A DNA stretch of 64,000 nt from Blastocatellia bacterium (GTDB lineage Bacteria > Acidobacteriota > Blastocatellia > UBA7656): NCBI GenBank assembly GCA_963765495.1, contig CAVXWP010000001.1, positions 1,184,001-1,248,000 on the forward strand. The letters run 5' to 3'. The notes under the pieces are model-generated. The model saw nothing but the letters and a program-made list of their open reading frames with translations. It was not told the origin of the DNA and made no database searches. Shown one piece after another: positions 9,092 to 17,851 of this stretch. The translations under genes were made by a program, and so were the position numbers. The first letter of the stretch is position 1. Every line of letters starts with the position of its first letter.

Positions 9092-10528
9092 CTAACGGCT
9101 TGAAACGACGGAGTTGGCAGGGAGAATTTCCTTTCGCGCATTCGGCGAGACATTCCTGTTTGCGATAGGGAAACGCAGTTGAACCAAGAGACCTCCCGCC
9201 TCGGCGTTTGAAGCCGTTATCGTTCCGCCGTGGATTTTTACCGCGCGCTGGCTTATCGAAAGCCCCAGACCGATGCCTCCAGATTGCCTGTCCCTTGCAT
9301 CGGTGACTCGATAAAAAGGGAGAAATATTTTCTCAAGAGCAGCCTGGGGAACGCCTTCTCCCTGATCCAGAACGCTTATAACGGCCTGCGAGTTTTCTGC
9401 TTTGACTTCGCATTGCAACCGGACCTCGACATCGGTTCCGTCGGCAGTATAAGTTACCGCGTTTCGAATCACGTTTTCGATGGCGCTGCGCAGAAGTTGT
9501 TTGTTTCCGTCTATTAGGCAATCTTCGGCTGTGACTATTTTTACCTCGCGGTTGTTGTTGCGCGCCTCAAAATCGGCATCCATGACGATTTCACTCACGA
9601 GGCGTTTGAGATCGACCGGATCGGTCTTGGCTACGGGCGACACGCTTTCCAGCCGCGCAAGCGTGAGCAGTTGATTGATGAGATCATCCAGGCGGTCGCC
9701 TTCGCGGTCTATACGGTCAAGCGCCCATCCGACATCTGCCGGGTCGCCCTGTCGCGCCAGTTCAAGAGCTATTTTCAGCCGGGCAAGCGGCGAGCGCAGT
9801 TCGTGGGAAATATCGTGCAGCAACCGCTGTTGTGAAACCATCAGAGACTCGATGCGCTCGGCCATGATGTCGAAATCCCGCCCGAGGTCGGCCAGTTCGT
9901 CGCGTCGTTTATTGTTAGCCGCGCCTACGCGTGCAGAAAGATCGCCCGCCGCCAGTTGCTGGGTCGCCGCTCGAAGCTTGACGACCGGGGAACTGAGATA
10001 TCTGGCGAGCAGGTAGCAAAGCGCGCCGGTCGTCAGGATCACGGCTAACAGTTGCGCCCACCACACCCCGGGCCAGAAAGGCAGACGCAACCATGGAGGA
10101 CGCCCCGATTCACTGGCTATCAGGTATCGGTTTCCGCTCTCGGATTGTATCCAGCGGGTCAGAAAATCGGTCCTTGCCTTCTGGCTGAAATTGTCTCTGC
10201 CCTCCGCGATTGAAAGCCGCGCCATCTCTTCCAGTTCTGGGCTGATTTCTCGCCCTGCCAGTTGATTCCCCTCTTCATCGAAGAGGTGGACGCGCATTCG
10301 CGTGTTGCGTTCGAGCCGTCTCAGATAATCATCCGTAGCGGCTTTTCCTCCCTGTTCGTATTTTTCTGTTACCGTGAGACCATATATCGCAAGCTGCCCG
10401 CCCAAGAAGCCCCTGGCTCCTTTATCAAAGACCATCATGGTTGACAGGGAGTGCGTGAACACGACAAGCCCCATAGCGACCCAGAACCATATAAAGATTC
10501 TCAGAAACAGACTTCGCATACCCGTCAC
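9092..10528 (-). CDS. sensor histidine kinase, CpxA-like (HAMP-HisKA-HATPase)
   Basis: Two TM helices, 'RRDELADL', H-box 'DISHELRSPLARL', 'ENVIRNA', 'DQGEG', 'GGIGLGL'. Confidence 0.93.
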   Translation of the reverse strand: MTGMRSLFLRIFIWFWVAMGLVVFTHSLSTMMVFDKGARGFLGGQLAIYGLTVTEKYEQGGKAATDDYLRRLERNTRMRVHLFDEEGNQLAGREISPELEEMARLSIAEGRDNFSQKARTDFLTRWIQSESGNRYLIASESGRPPWLRLPFWPGVWWAQLLAVILTTGALCYLLARYLSSPVVKLRAATQQLAAGDLSARVGAANNKRRDELADLGRDFDIMAERIESLMVSQQRLLHDISHELRSPLARLKIALELARQGDPADVGWALDRIDREGDRLDDLINQLLTLARLESVSPVAKTDPVDLKRLVSEIVMDADFEARNNNREVKIVTAEDCLIDGNKQLLRSAIENVIRNAVTYTADGTDVEVRLQCEVKAENSQAVISVLDQGEGVPQAALEKIFLPFYRVTDARDRQSGGIGLGLSISQRAVKIHGGTITASNAEAGGLLVQLRFPIANRNVSPNARKEILPANSVVSSR

Positions 10529-11241
10529 TCCTTTGGCGCGTCTGAGGGGCTTGCGTAAATGTAGCCGACCGAGCGAATGGTCTTTATTCGTTCGATGTCG
10601 TCGATGTAGTGGCCCAGTTTTTTTCGTAGATTGCTGACGTGAGTATCTATGCTGCGGTCGTATGGAGTGAAGGCGCGGCCAAGGACCGACTTTACCAGGT
10701 CTTCACGGGTGATTATGTGCCCGGCTGACCGCATAAGGTTTTCCAGCAGATCGAATTCTACTGTTGTGAGCGTTATCTGCTCGCCCGCCCGCGTGACGAT
10801 CCGCGTTCCTTTGTCTAGTTCCACATCGCCTACGGAAATCCGTTCCGGGCCGGAGGCGGGCGCAGATTCATCCGATTCCACCCTTGTCCGGCGCAGGATG
10901 GCGCGGATTCTTGCGATAAGTTCTCGCGGGTTGAAGGGTTTCGACAGATAATCGTCAGCGCCCATTTCCAGACCCACGATTCTGTCTATATCATCTCCGC
11001 GAGCCGTCAACATCAACACCGGCAGGTTCGACCTGCTTCGGATGCTGCTCAGGCAATCGAATCCATTAAGACCCGGCAACATGACATCCAGAATGACGAG
11101 CGCATGATCGCCTGAAAGGGCGCGTTCTACGCCGATGTCTCCCCTGTGCGTGATGTCAAGCTCAAAGCCCTCGCGGCGAAGATACTTGTCGAGTAACTCG
11201 CATAAATCAACATCATCATCTATGACCAGAATGCGATTCAT
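10525..11241 (-). CDS. OmpR/CpxR-family response regulator
   Basis: 'ILVIDDD', 'LDVMLP', 'GADDYLSKPF', winged-helix 'DRSIDTHVSNLRKKL...TIRSVGY'; overlaps the kinase start. Confidence 0.95.
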   Translation of the reverse strand: MNRILVIDDDVDLCELLDKYLRREGFELDITHRGDIGVERALSGDHALVILDVMLPGLNGFDCLSSIRSRSNLPVLMLTARGDDIDRIVGLEMGADDYLSKPFNPRELIARIRAILRRTRVESDESAPASGPERISVGDVELDKGTRIVTRAGEQITLTTVEFDLLENLMRSAGHIITREDLVKSVLGRAFTPYDRSIDTHVSNLRKKLGHYIDDIERIKTIRSVGYIYASPSDAPKE

Positions 11242-11595
11242 CCCTCAACCCTCACTTAGACTTCTCAGGACTGCTCTGTATTTATAATGCTACCACACCA
11301 GATTAATCTAACGATTTCGCAGGCTTGCCTGCCGTAAAGAATTGTCAAGGCATAAGACTCGAAATTGACAAAACTAAAGATGCGCTTGACAAACCCTTGA
11401 CGCTGGTTTGGCCAAACGGGGCGTTCCAACATTGCAGAGGATGTTGCAAAAAACTTGGGGCTATACTTTTTTTGCCCGATGGCCGAACGGGCGGCGAACT
11501 CAGACGAGGGTGATCGGAATCTAAGTTTGCTGCGGTAACCTGTCAGCTTCAGGTTCACATTAATCTTTCAACGAAAAAAGGGGAGAACAGTAGTT

Positions 11596-12672
11596 ATGAT
11601 GTTCAGGGTAGGTGGTTTGAATAAATTCGTCTCTACGATAATCGTGATGACGATCCTGTCGGTGCCCATGAGCGCGGTCGCCGCCCATAGCGACGACGCC
11701 CATAAAGACGATGCGGAAAAGAGCGTGCCGAAAACGACCGAGCCGCTCAAGGATAACGAAAATCCTGAGCTTATCGGCAAACGCGACATAAACAAGAGAA
11801 GCATAGACTTCTATTCATTGGAAAAAGAGACCCGACTCGGGCAACAACTGGCTGCCGAAGTCGAAAAGCAAGGCAAGTTTATAACCGACCCGGTCATTAC
11901 CGAGTACATAAATCGTGTGGGCCAGAATATAGTGCTTCACTCGGACGCCAAAGTCCCGTTCACGATTAAAGTGATTGACTCGGCCGATGTAAACGCCTTT
12001 GCCCTGCCGGGCGGGTTTCTCTTTATCAATAGCGGGGCGATTCTTGCCGCCGACAGCGAAGCGGAAATAGCCGGGGTCATGGCTCACGAAATAGGCCACG
12101 TAGCCGCGCGCCACGGCGTCGAGCAGGCATCGAAGGCCACGCTGGCCCAGTATCTTTCGATACCGCTTATATTCGTAGGCGGCCCGCTTGGAGCCATCGC
12201 GCAGAATGCGGCGAATGTGCTTGTGCCGCTTACGTTCCTGAAATTCAGCCGGGGCGCTGAGGAAGAAGCCGACCGGCTTGGTCTTCAATATATGTGGGCA
12301 GCCGGATACGATCCTACGGCGATGCTCAGCTTTTTCGAGAAGCTCAAAGCCAAAGAGGCAAAAGAGCCGGGGATGCTCGCAAAAGTCTTCAGCACTCATC
12401 CGACAACCGGCGACCGTCTGGAAAAGGCTCGCCTCCTGCTTACGCGCTTCCCCGAACGAGACGAATACACCGTCTCGACATCCGAATTCAACAGGGTAAA
12501 ACAGAAGCTGCTTCAGATAACCAATCAGCGCAGCCTCGATAAAACCGATAAAGCGCCCCCTTCACTCAGAAGAAAGCCCTCACGGGGAGATTCAAACGGC
12601 AATGACGGCGAGTCGGACAAGGCCCCGCCCACGCTGAAACGCAAACCGGGCAGCGATGCCGATAATGACTAG
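11596..12672 (+). CDS. M48 family zinc metallopeptidase, secreted (BepA/YfgC-like catalytic domain)
   Basis: Signal peptide, 'NAFALPGG', 'AHEIGHV', 'FSRGAEEEAD', 'STHP'. Confidence 0.9.
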   Translation: MMFRVGGLNKFVSTIIVMTILSVPMSAVAAHSDDAHKDDAEKSVPKTTEPLKDNENPELIGKRDINKRSIDFYSLEKETRLGQQLAAEVEKQGKFITDPVITEYINRVGQNIVLHSDAKVPFTIKVIDSADVNAFALPGGFLFINSGAILAADSEAEIAGVMAHEIGHVAARHGVEQASKATLAQYLSIPLIFVGGPLGAIAQNAANVLVPLTFLKFSRGAEEEADRLGLQYMWAAGYDPTAMLSFFEKLKAKEAKEPGMLAKVFSTHPTTGDRLEKARLLLTRFPERDEYTVSTSEFNRVKQKLLQITNQRSLDKTDKAPPSLRRKPSRGDSNGNDGESDKAPPTLKRKPGSDADND

Positions 12673-12679
12673 CCACGCT

Positions 12680-12762
12680 ACAGGGAACAGGGAACAGGTT
12701 ACGGGTGGCAGAATAGGGAGAGTGTCGCCTCATCGCCTGCTTCCCTGTCTCCTGTCACCTGT
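12680..12762. repeat. inverted heptamer arrays (ACAGGGA)n...(CCTGT..)n
   Basis: acaggga-acaggga-acaggtt ... ccctgtc-tcctgtc-acctgt. Confidence 0.8.
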
Positions 12763-12796
12763 GATAATTAAACAGTCGTCTGTCAAAGGAGCAAGC

Positions 12797-14299
12797 ATGC
12801 AAAGTGTTGTTCGATCAGTAAAATTGTCTTCGCTTTCAATCTTTCTGGCTCTGGCCGTTTCGCTTTTACCCGGCGCGGGCGGCGCTGCTCTATGGCGGGC
12901 GCAAGCCTCTGCGCAAAGCACCCCGCCGGCCGTTCAGGGGCGCACAATGCCTTTGCCAGTTTCCCGTTCCCGTGCCTTTATCAACTACAGAAACAGCGGC
13001 TCGGTCGGGTGTCGTGAGGCTACCGAGGCAGAGGCGAGAATGTTAAAAAACCGGGCCGATCCATCTCTTCATATAATCTCTTCCGCCTCTTCTGTAAGCA
13101 GCACACGCACTCAGAACCTTAGCGCGGAAAGCACAGGATTACAGATCATCCTGCGGGCAACCAATCAATTAGAGAACTATCCGAAAGCTAAAGCGGCTTT
13201 CTTAAGCGCCGCCGCCCGCTGGCAATCGCTGATAAGCACTCCGATAACGGTCATCATCGACGTAGACTTCGGGCCTACCTGGTTTGGCGAAAAATATGAC
13301 ACGGATGTTTTGGGTCAGACCGATTCCCAGGACCTCGGCGATGCTTCGATTTACACCGAAGTGCGTAGCGCGCTCACAGGGCTTGGCGCAAACAACAATC
13401 GGGCGGACATCTATAATCAGTTGCCCCTGTACACGGTCCCGACCGACATAGGCAATACCAGTTACGTCGAGGCCCCGTCTGCCGTTTGGCGGTCGCTCGG
13501 TTTCATCAGCGCCACAGCCGACCCTGCCTCCGAAAAGAATACTTTGGGCGATCCGCCCGCCGTCGGGTTCAACTCCGATTTCAGTTATGATTTCAACCCC
13601 GACGATGGCGTTGATTCCAACAAGATTGATTTCGATTCCGTGGCCGTCCACGAGATCGGACACGTCCTCGGATTTACATCCGACACGGGCTACCACGAAC
13701 TGGACCGCACCTTTCCCGTATCCGTCGCGATCTGGGATCTTTTCCGTTTTCGACCGGGCGCAAGCTTCAATACCTTTGCCGCCTCAGAGCGGGTGCTCTC
13801 TTCGGGAGGCAGTCAGACCTACTTTGATGGAACCGTACAGGCTGCCTTATCAACCGGTCGCCCTGACGGCACGGGTGGAGATAGACAACAGGCGTCTCAT
13901 TGGAAAGATGATCGCCTCACGGGGCAGTACATAGGAGTTATGGACCCGACTCTTTCCGACGGCAAGCGATACGAAATTTCGGCAAATGATATTGCGGCTC
14001 TCAAAAGTTTCGGCTACATCGTAGGCGCAGATCAGGTTGCCGCCGACCTGCCGACCATAAAAAATGTCTCGTTCAACGGGACGAAGCTCAAGATAGTCGG
14101 CAAGCGTTTTATCGGCCAGCTTGAGGTTGAAATCAACGGCCTCGTCGTGACCCCGCAATCCGCGATGACGGTCAACTCGGCAGGCAAAAAGATAAAGATA
14201 AAGGCCGATCAGGGCTCCTTGAATCTTCGAAGCGGCTCAAATCAGGTAGTGGTAATCAGCAACGGCGTCTCTTCCGGCACCTTCACTTTTACCCTGTGA
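12797..14299 (+). CDS. secreted zinc metalloprotease (NF038122-like) with C-terminal Ig/IPT-like domain
   Basis: ATG 12797 follows AAGGA; signal peptide; 'VAVHEIGHVLGF', 'WDLFRF', 'ASHW', 'VMDP' Met-turn. Confidence 0.8.
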   Translation: MQSVVRSVKLSSLSIFLALAVSLLPGAGGAALWRAQASAQSTPPAVQGRTMPLPVSRSRAFINYRNSGSVGCREATEAEARMLKNRADPSLHIISSASSVSSTRTQNLSAESTGLQIILRATNQLENYPKAKAAFLSAAARWQSLISTPITVIIDVDFGPTWFGEKYDTDVLGQTDSQDLGDASIYTEVRSALTGLGANNNRADIYNQLPLYTVPTDIGNTSYVEAPSAVWRSLGFISATADPASEKNTLGDPPAVGFNSDFSYDFNPDDGVDSNKIDFDSVAVHEIGHVLGFTSDTGYHELDRTFPVSVAIWDLFRFRPGASFNTFAASERVLSSGGSQTYFDGTVQAALSTGRPDGTGGDRQQASHWKDDRLTGQYIGVMDPTLSDGKRYEISANDIAALKSFGYIVGADQVAADLPTIKNVSFNGTKLKIVGKRFIGQLEVEINGLVVTPQSAMTVNSAGKKIKIKADQGSLNLRSGSNQVVVISNGVSSGTFTFTL

Positions 14300-14312
14300 C
14301 GAATGTCCTATT

Positions 14313-14420
14313 TGCGTGATTCGTGATTCGTGATTTAGCTGGCTTCGTAAGAGTCTTTTGCAGGCAGGCACCCTGAGAATCACGAATCACGAATCACGCA
14401 TCACTCTCCACGCATCACTC
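14313..14420. repeat. inverted heptamer arrays (CGTGATT)n...(AATCACG)n
   Basis: Perfect 23-bp inverted repeat 14313-14335 / 14378-14400. Confidence 0.9.
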
Positions 14421-14574
14421 ACAAATCTTCACACAAGGCTGACAAACACTTAACGTCACGATCCGAGGGTTGATCGTTCTAAGCATATGAGAACGGTTAT
14501 TGCAATGGGCGGAAAGCTATTGTGATCCGCGCTTTCGTTGAAACCAGATAAAGAAAAAGGATGATGAGGTAAGG

Positions 14575-15603
14575 ATGAAAAAGGTATCAAACCATTCGAT
14601 CAGCAGACGCGATACGTTGCGCCTTATTGGGGCGGCAGGCGCTACGGCGCTTGTCGGATGGGCAGGCAGGCCGGCGATGAAGTTTCTGCCGTCGGGCGCA
14701 GGCAGTTCATCGGTGAGCGCAAGCGCTCTTTCCTGCGTGGTGAGGCCGCAGTTGACCGAAGGGCCTTACTTTGTGGATGAAAAACTGAATCGTTCGGATA
14801 TCAGAACGGACCCCTCGACCGGTACGGTAAGACCGGGAACGCCGTTGCAATTGGTATTCAACATCAGCCGCGTCAACGGCGCGACCTGCACCGATCTCTC
14901 AGGCGCCTACGTAGACGTATGGCACTGCGACGCGGGGGGCAGCTATTCCGATGTCAGGGACGGGGGATTTGATACGCGCGGGCAGAAATATCTGCGCGGG
15001 TATCAGGTGACCGACACAAATGGAACGGCGGAGTTTTTGACCATCTATCCGGGCTGGTATTCAGGCCGCGCCGTCCATATTCATTTCAAGATTCGGCTCT
15101 TTGCCGGTTCTAACAAGACCTATGAGTTTACATCGCAACTCTTCTTCGACGATTCGCTGACCGATCAGGTCTATACGCAAAGCCCCTATAACTCGAAGGG
15201 CACGCGCAACACGCGCAACAATCAGGACGGCATCTATAACCAGGGCGGTTCCCAACTATTGTTAAACGTGACTCAGGACGGGCAGGGGTATCGGGCGGTT
15301 TTCGATATCGGGCTTGAGGGGATCACCGAGACCGAACCGCCAACCGAGCCGCCGGTTATTACCGGCGGCTTTATCGAAGGTAAAAAGCTGATTATCACGG
15401 GCGCAAATTTCGCCACCGGCGCAAAGCTTTTTATGAACGGCATAAAGCAGAAGACCAAAAACGACCAGTCAAGCCCGGCAACCACGCTGATTGCCAAAAA
15501 GACCGGCAAGAAGATCACCGTGGGCGATACCGTCACGCTTCAGGTCAAAAATACCGACAACTCGCTCTCAAATGAATTTCTTTATACACGCTCCAGTGAA
15601 TGA
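14575..15603 (+). CDS. Tat-exported intradiol ring-cleavage dioxygenase-like protein with C-terminal Ig/IPT-like domain
   Basis: 'SRRDTL' twin-arginine signal, 'TEGPYF', 'VDVWHCDA', 'LRGYQ', 'PGWYSGRAVHIHF'. Confidence 0.88.
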   Translation: MKKVSNHSISRRDTLRLIGAAGATALVGWAGRPAMKFLPSGAGSSSVSASALSCVVRPQLTEGPYFVDEKLNRSDIRTDPSTGTVRPGTPLQLVFNISRVNGATCTDLSGAYVDVWHCDAGGSYSDVRDGGFDTRGQKYLRGYQVTDTNGTAEFLTIYPGWYSGRAVHIHFKIRLFAGSNKTYEFTSQLFFDDSLTDQVYTQSPYNSKGTRNTRNNQDGIYNQGGSQLLLNVTQDGQGYRAVFDIGLEGITETEPPTEPPVITGGFIEGKKLIITGANFATGAKLFMNGIKQKTKNDQSSPATTLIAKKTGKKITVGDTVTLQVKNTDNSLSNEFLYTRSSE

Positions 15604-15640
15604 AGCCGGTGAATGAAGAATGTTAAGAGGATAGGTGTTT

Positions 15641-15784
15641 CAGCAATTCTCGGTTTAGAGGAAATCGCACCGGGATATACCACGAAACAGACTAAATACA
15701 CGAATAATTCTTCTATTTCGTGTGCTTCGTGTATTTCGTGGTTCACTTTTTGTTAAGACAGAATTTCTAAACCGAGAATTGCTG
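15641..15784 (+). mobile_element. 144-bp MITE, copy 1
   Basis: 19-bp TIR CAGCAATTCTCGGTTTAGA at both ends; 9-bp direct repeat TAGGTGTTT at 15632-15640 and 15785-15793; identical inverted copy at 42509-42652. Confidence 0.93.
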
Positions 15785-15842
15785 TAGGTGTTTGTAAACC
15801 ACCCTCTATCCTTATCAGTCAATAGACCAGGAGGTTAACCTT

Positions 15843-16679
15843 ATGACAAAAAAAATCAGGATCATTACTGCTCTGGCCGTGGTGGCAAGCCTCGCGCTTG
15901 TCTTCATAGCGCAGGGCATCGCTCAGGGGCCGCGACCCGGCAGCAGACGTCCGTCGTTTTCCAGCATCGATAAGAACAGCGACGGCAAAATAGTTCGCGA
16001 TGAGTGGCAGGGTCCGCCCGACCTATTTGATCGAATAGATACAAACGGCGACGGCAGTATAAGTCAGGATGAGTTTAATTCCGCTGCTCCCCCGCAAGGC
16101 CCTCACAGAGGCGGGCCTCCTTTCGGGGGACCTCCTTTCGGGGGGCAACTGATCGGCGCGCTCGATACGGATCAGGACAGTAATCTCTCTCAAACCGAAT
16201 TTAGCCAGGTCGCACAGTTTTTCGATACCCTCGACGGAGATAAAAACGGCGCGCTCACGGCGCAGGAACTGGACCGATTTCCGCAGGTTTTAGGCAGAAA
16301 TGATGCCGGTTCGGAGAGACGGGGACCGGGCCATCCGCCAAATTTCGCCGATCTCGATAGCAACAGCGACGGCAAAATAGTTCGCGATGAGTGGCAGGGT
16401 CCGCCCGACCTATTTGATCGAATAGATACAAACGGCGACGGTGTGATAGTCGAATCGGAACTGGCGAGCCTGCCCGTTCGAAGGCCGCACGACGGCGCTT
16501 CGCCTTTTGGCTCTCACCTGCTCAAATTCCTTGACACCAACGCCGATGATTCTGTTTCGCGTGATGAATTCAATCAATTGACGGGGCTTTTCAGCTCTCT
16601 TGATACGGATCAGAACGGGTTTCTGAGCCTTGCAGAGGTTGGACAACTCTTCAGATCCGTATTCGAAGCGGGCAAATAA
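15843..16679 (+). CDS. secreted multi-EF-hand protein
   Basis: GGAGG RBS, signal peptide, about 8 DxN/DxDG loops (e.g. 'DKNSDGKIVRDE', 'DTNGDGSISQDE'). Confidence 0.88.
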   Translation: MTKKIRIITALAVVASLALVFIAQGIAQGPRPGSRRPSFSSIDKNSDGKIVRDEWQGPPDLFDRIDTNGDGSISQDEFNSAAPPQGPHRGGPPFGGPPFGGQLIGALDTDQDSNLSQTEFSQVAQFFDTLDGDKNGALTAQELDRFPQVLGRNDAGSERRGPGHPPNFADLDSNSDGKIVRDEWQGPPDLFDRIDTNGDGVIVESELASLPVRRPHDGASPFGSHLLKFLDTNADDSVSRDEFNQLTGLFSSLDTDQNGFLSLAEVGQLFRSVFEAGK

Positions 16680-16984
16680 ACCGACGAACCGCTTGCCCGC
16701 TTATCATAATCGAGTCGCAAGAGAAAGGAGGTGCAAAAATAGTAAAACGATCCATTTAAGATGGAGCTTAATCGCTTCTCCCCCTCCCCAAACAGACGTG
16801 GCCGTAATAAAAGAGATGCCGGTGAACCTTACCTGAAAAGTAAGTTCCTGTCTCTTACCTGGCGGCCACGTCTCGTCCAAATCCGCAAGATGTCTGCCCG
16901 GGTCTCGCCCTGAGAGCCGTGCCTTGCCGTCACCATTATGATAAACTCAGCACCGTTTATAACAAGTAATCGGGGAGGCCTTTT

Positions 16985-17809
16985 ATGGATGGATTGCTTC
17001 AATCAAAGACGGCCATAATCACCGGGTCTGGTCGCGGCATCGGGCGCGCTACGGCTGAATTTTTCGCCCGTCACGGCGCCCGCGTAGTCATAAGCGACAT
17101 TGACCCCGAACCCGCACAAGAGGCCGTGGGAGCCATTCTCGCGGCAGGCGGCGAAGCCATAAGCGTGCCGGGCGATGTGACCGACCGCGCTTTCCCCGAC
17201 CTTATCGTCAGTGAGGCTTTAGAGAAATTCGGTCGCCTGGACATCATCGTAAACAATGCCGGATACACGTGGGATGCGGTCATTCACAAGATGAGCGACC
17301 AGCAGTGGGAGGCGATACTTGCGATTCACCTGACCGCGCCCTTTCGCATCATACGCGCCGCCGCTCCTTACCTTCGCGAAACGGCCAAACGGGAAAAGGC
17401 CGAAGACGGGCAAGCATCTGCCCGCAAGATCATCAACATAAGTTCGACATCGGGCACTCGCGGAAATGCGGGACAATCAAATTATTCTTCGGGCAAGGCG
17501 GGCGTCATCGGGCTTACGAAAACGCTTGCAAAAGAGTGGGGCCAGTTCAACATTCAGGTCAACGCCGTAGCCTTTGGCCGTATCGATACCCGTTTGACTC
17601 AGGCGAAAGAGAAGGGCGAAACCCTTAATCGCGGCGATCAGGAAATAGCCATAGGCATTCCGCGAGAGCGACTGGAACGCACTACGCCAATGATTCCCCT
17701 CGGACGAGGCGGCACGCCGGAAGAAGCGGCGGGCGCGATTCTGTTTTTTGCCTCCCCGCTTTCAGATTATGTTTCGGGGCAGGTGCTTGAAGTCGCCGGA
17801 GGTCTCTGA
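16985..17809 (+). CDS. SDR family oxidoreductase (FabG-like)
   Basis: 'TGSGRGIG', 'NNAG', 'NYSSGKAG' (YxxxK). Confidence 0.9.
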   Translation: MDGLLQSKTAIITGSGRGIGRATAEFFARHGARVVISDIDPEPAQEAVGAILAAGGEAISVPGDVTDRAFPDLIVSEALEKFGRLDIIVNNAGYTWDAVIHKMSDQQWEAILAIHLTAPFRIIRAAAPYLRETAKREKAEDGQASARKIINISSTSGTRGNAGQSNYSSGKAGVIGLTKTLAKEWGQFNIQVNAVAFGRIDTRLTQAKEKGETLNRGDQEIAIGIPRERLERTTPMIPLGRGGTPEEAAGAILFFASPLSDYVSGQVLEVAGGL

Positions 17810-17851
17810 AATCTCAAATCTCAAATCCCACTGGAGAGAGGCTAAAAAACG

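Noticed and set aside
12656-12796. N-terminal extensions in the ORF track (12656, also 2769, 29782, 30864, 61371)
   Set aside because: They run through repeats or overlap neighbouring genes; downstream starts fit RBS, signal peptide or family N-termini better.
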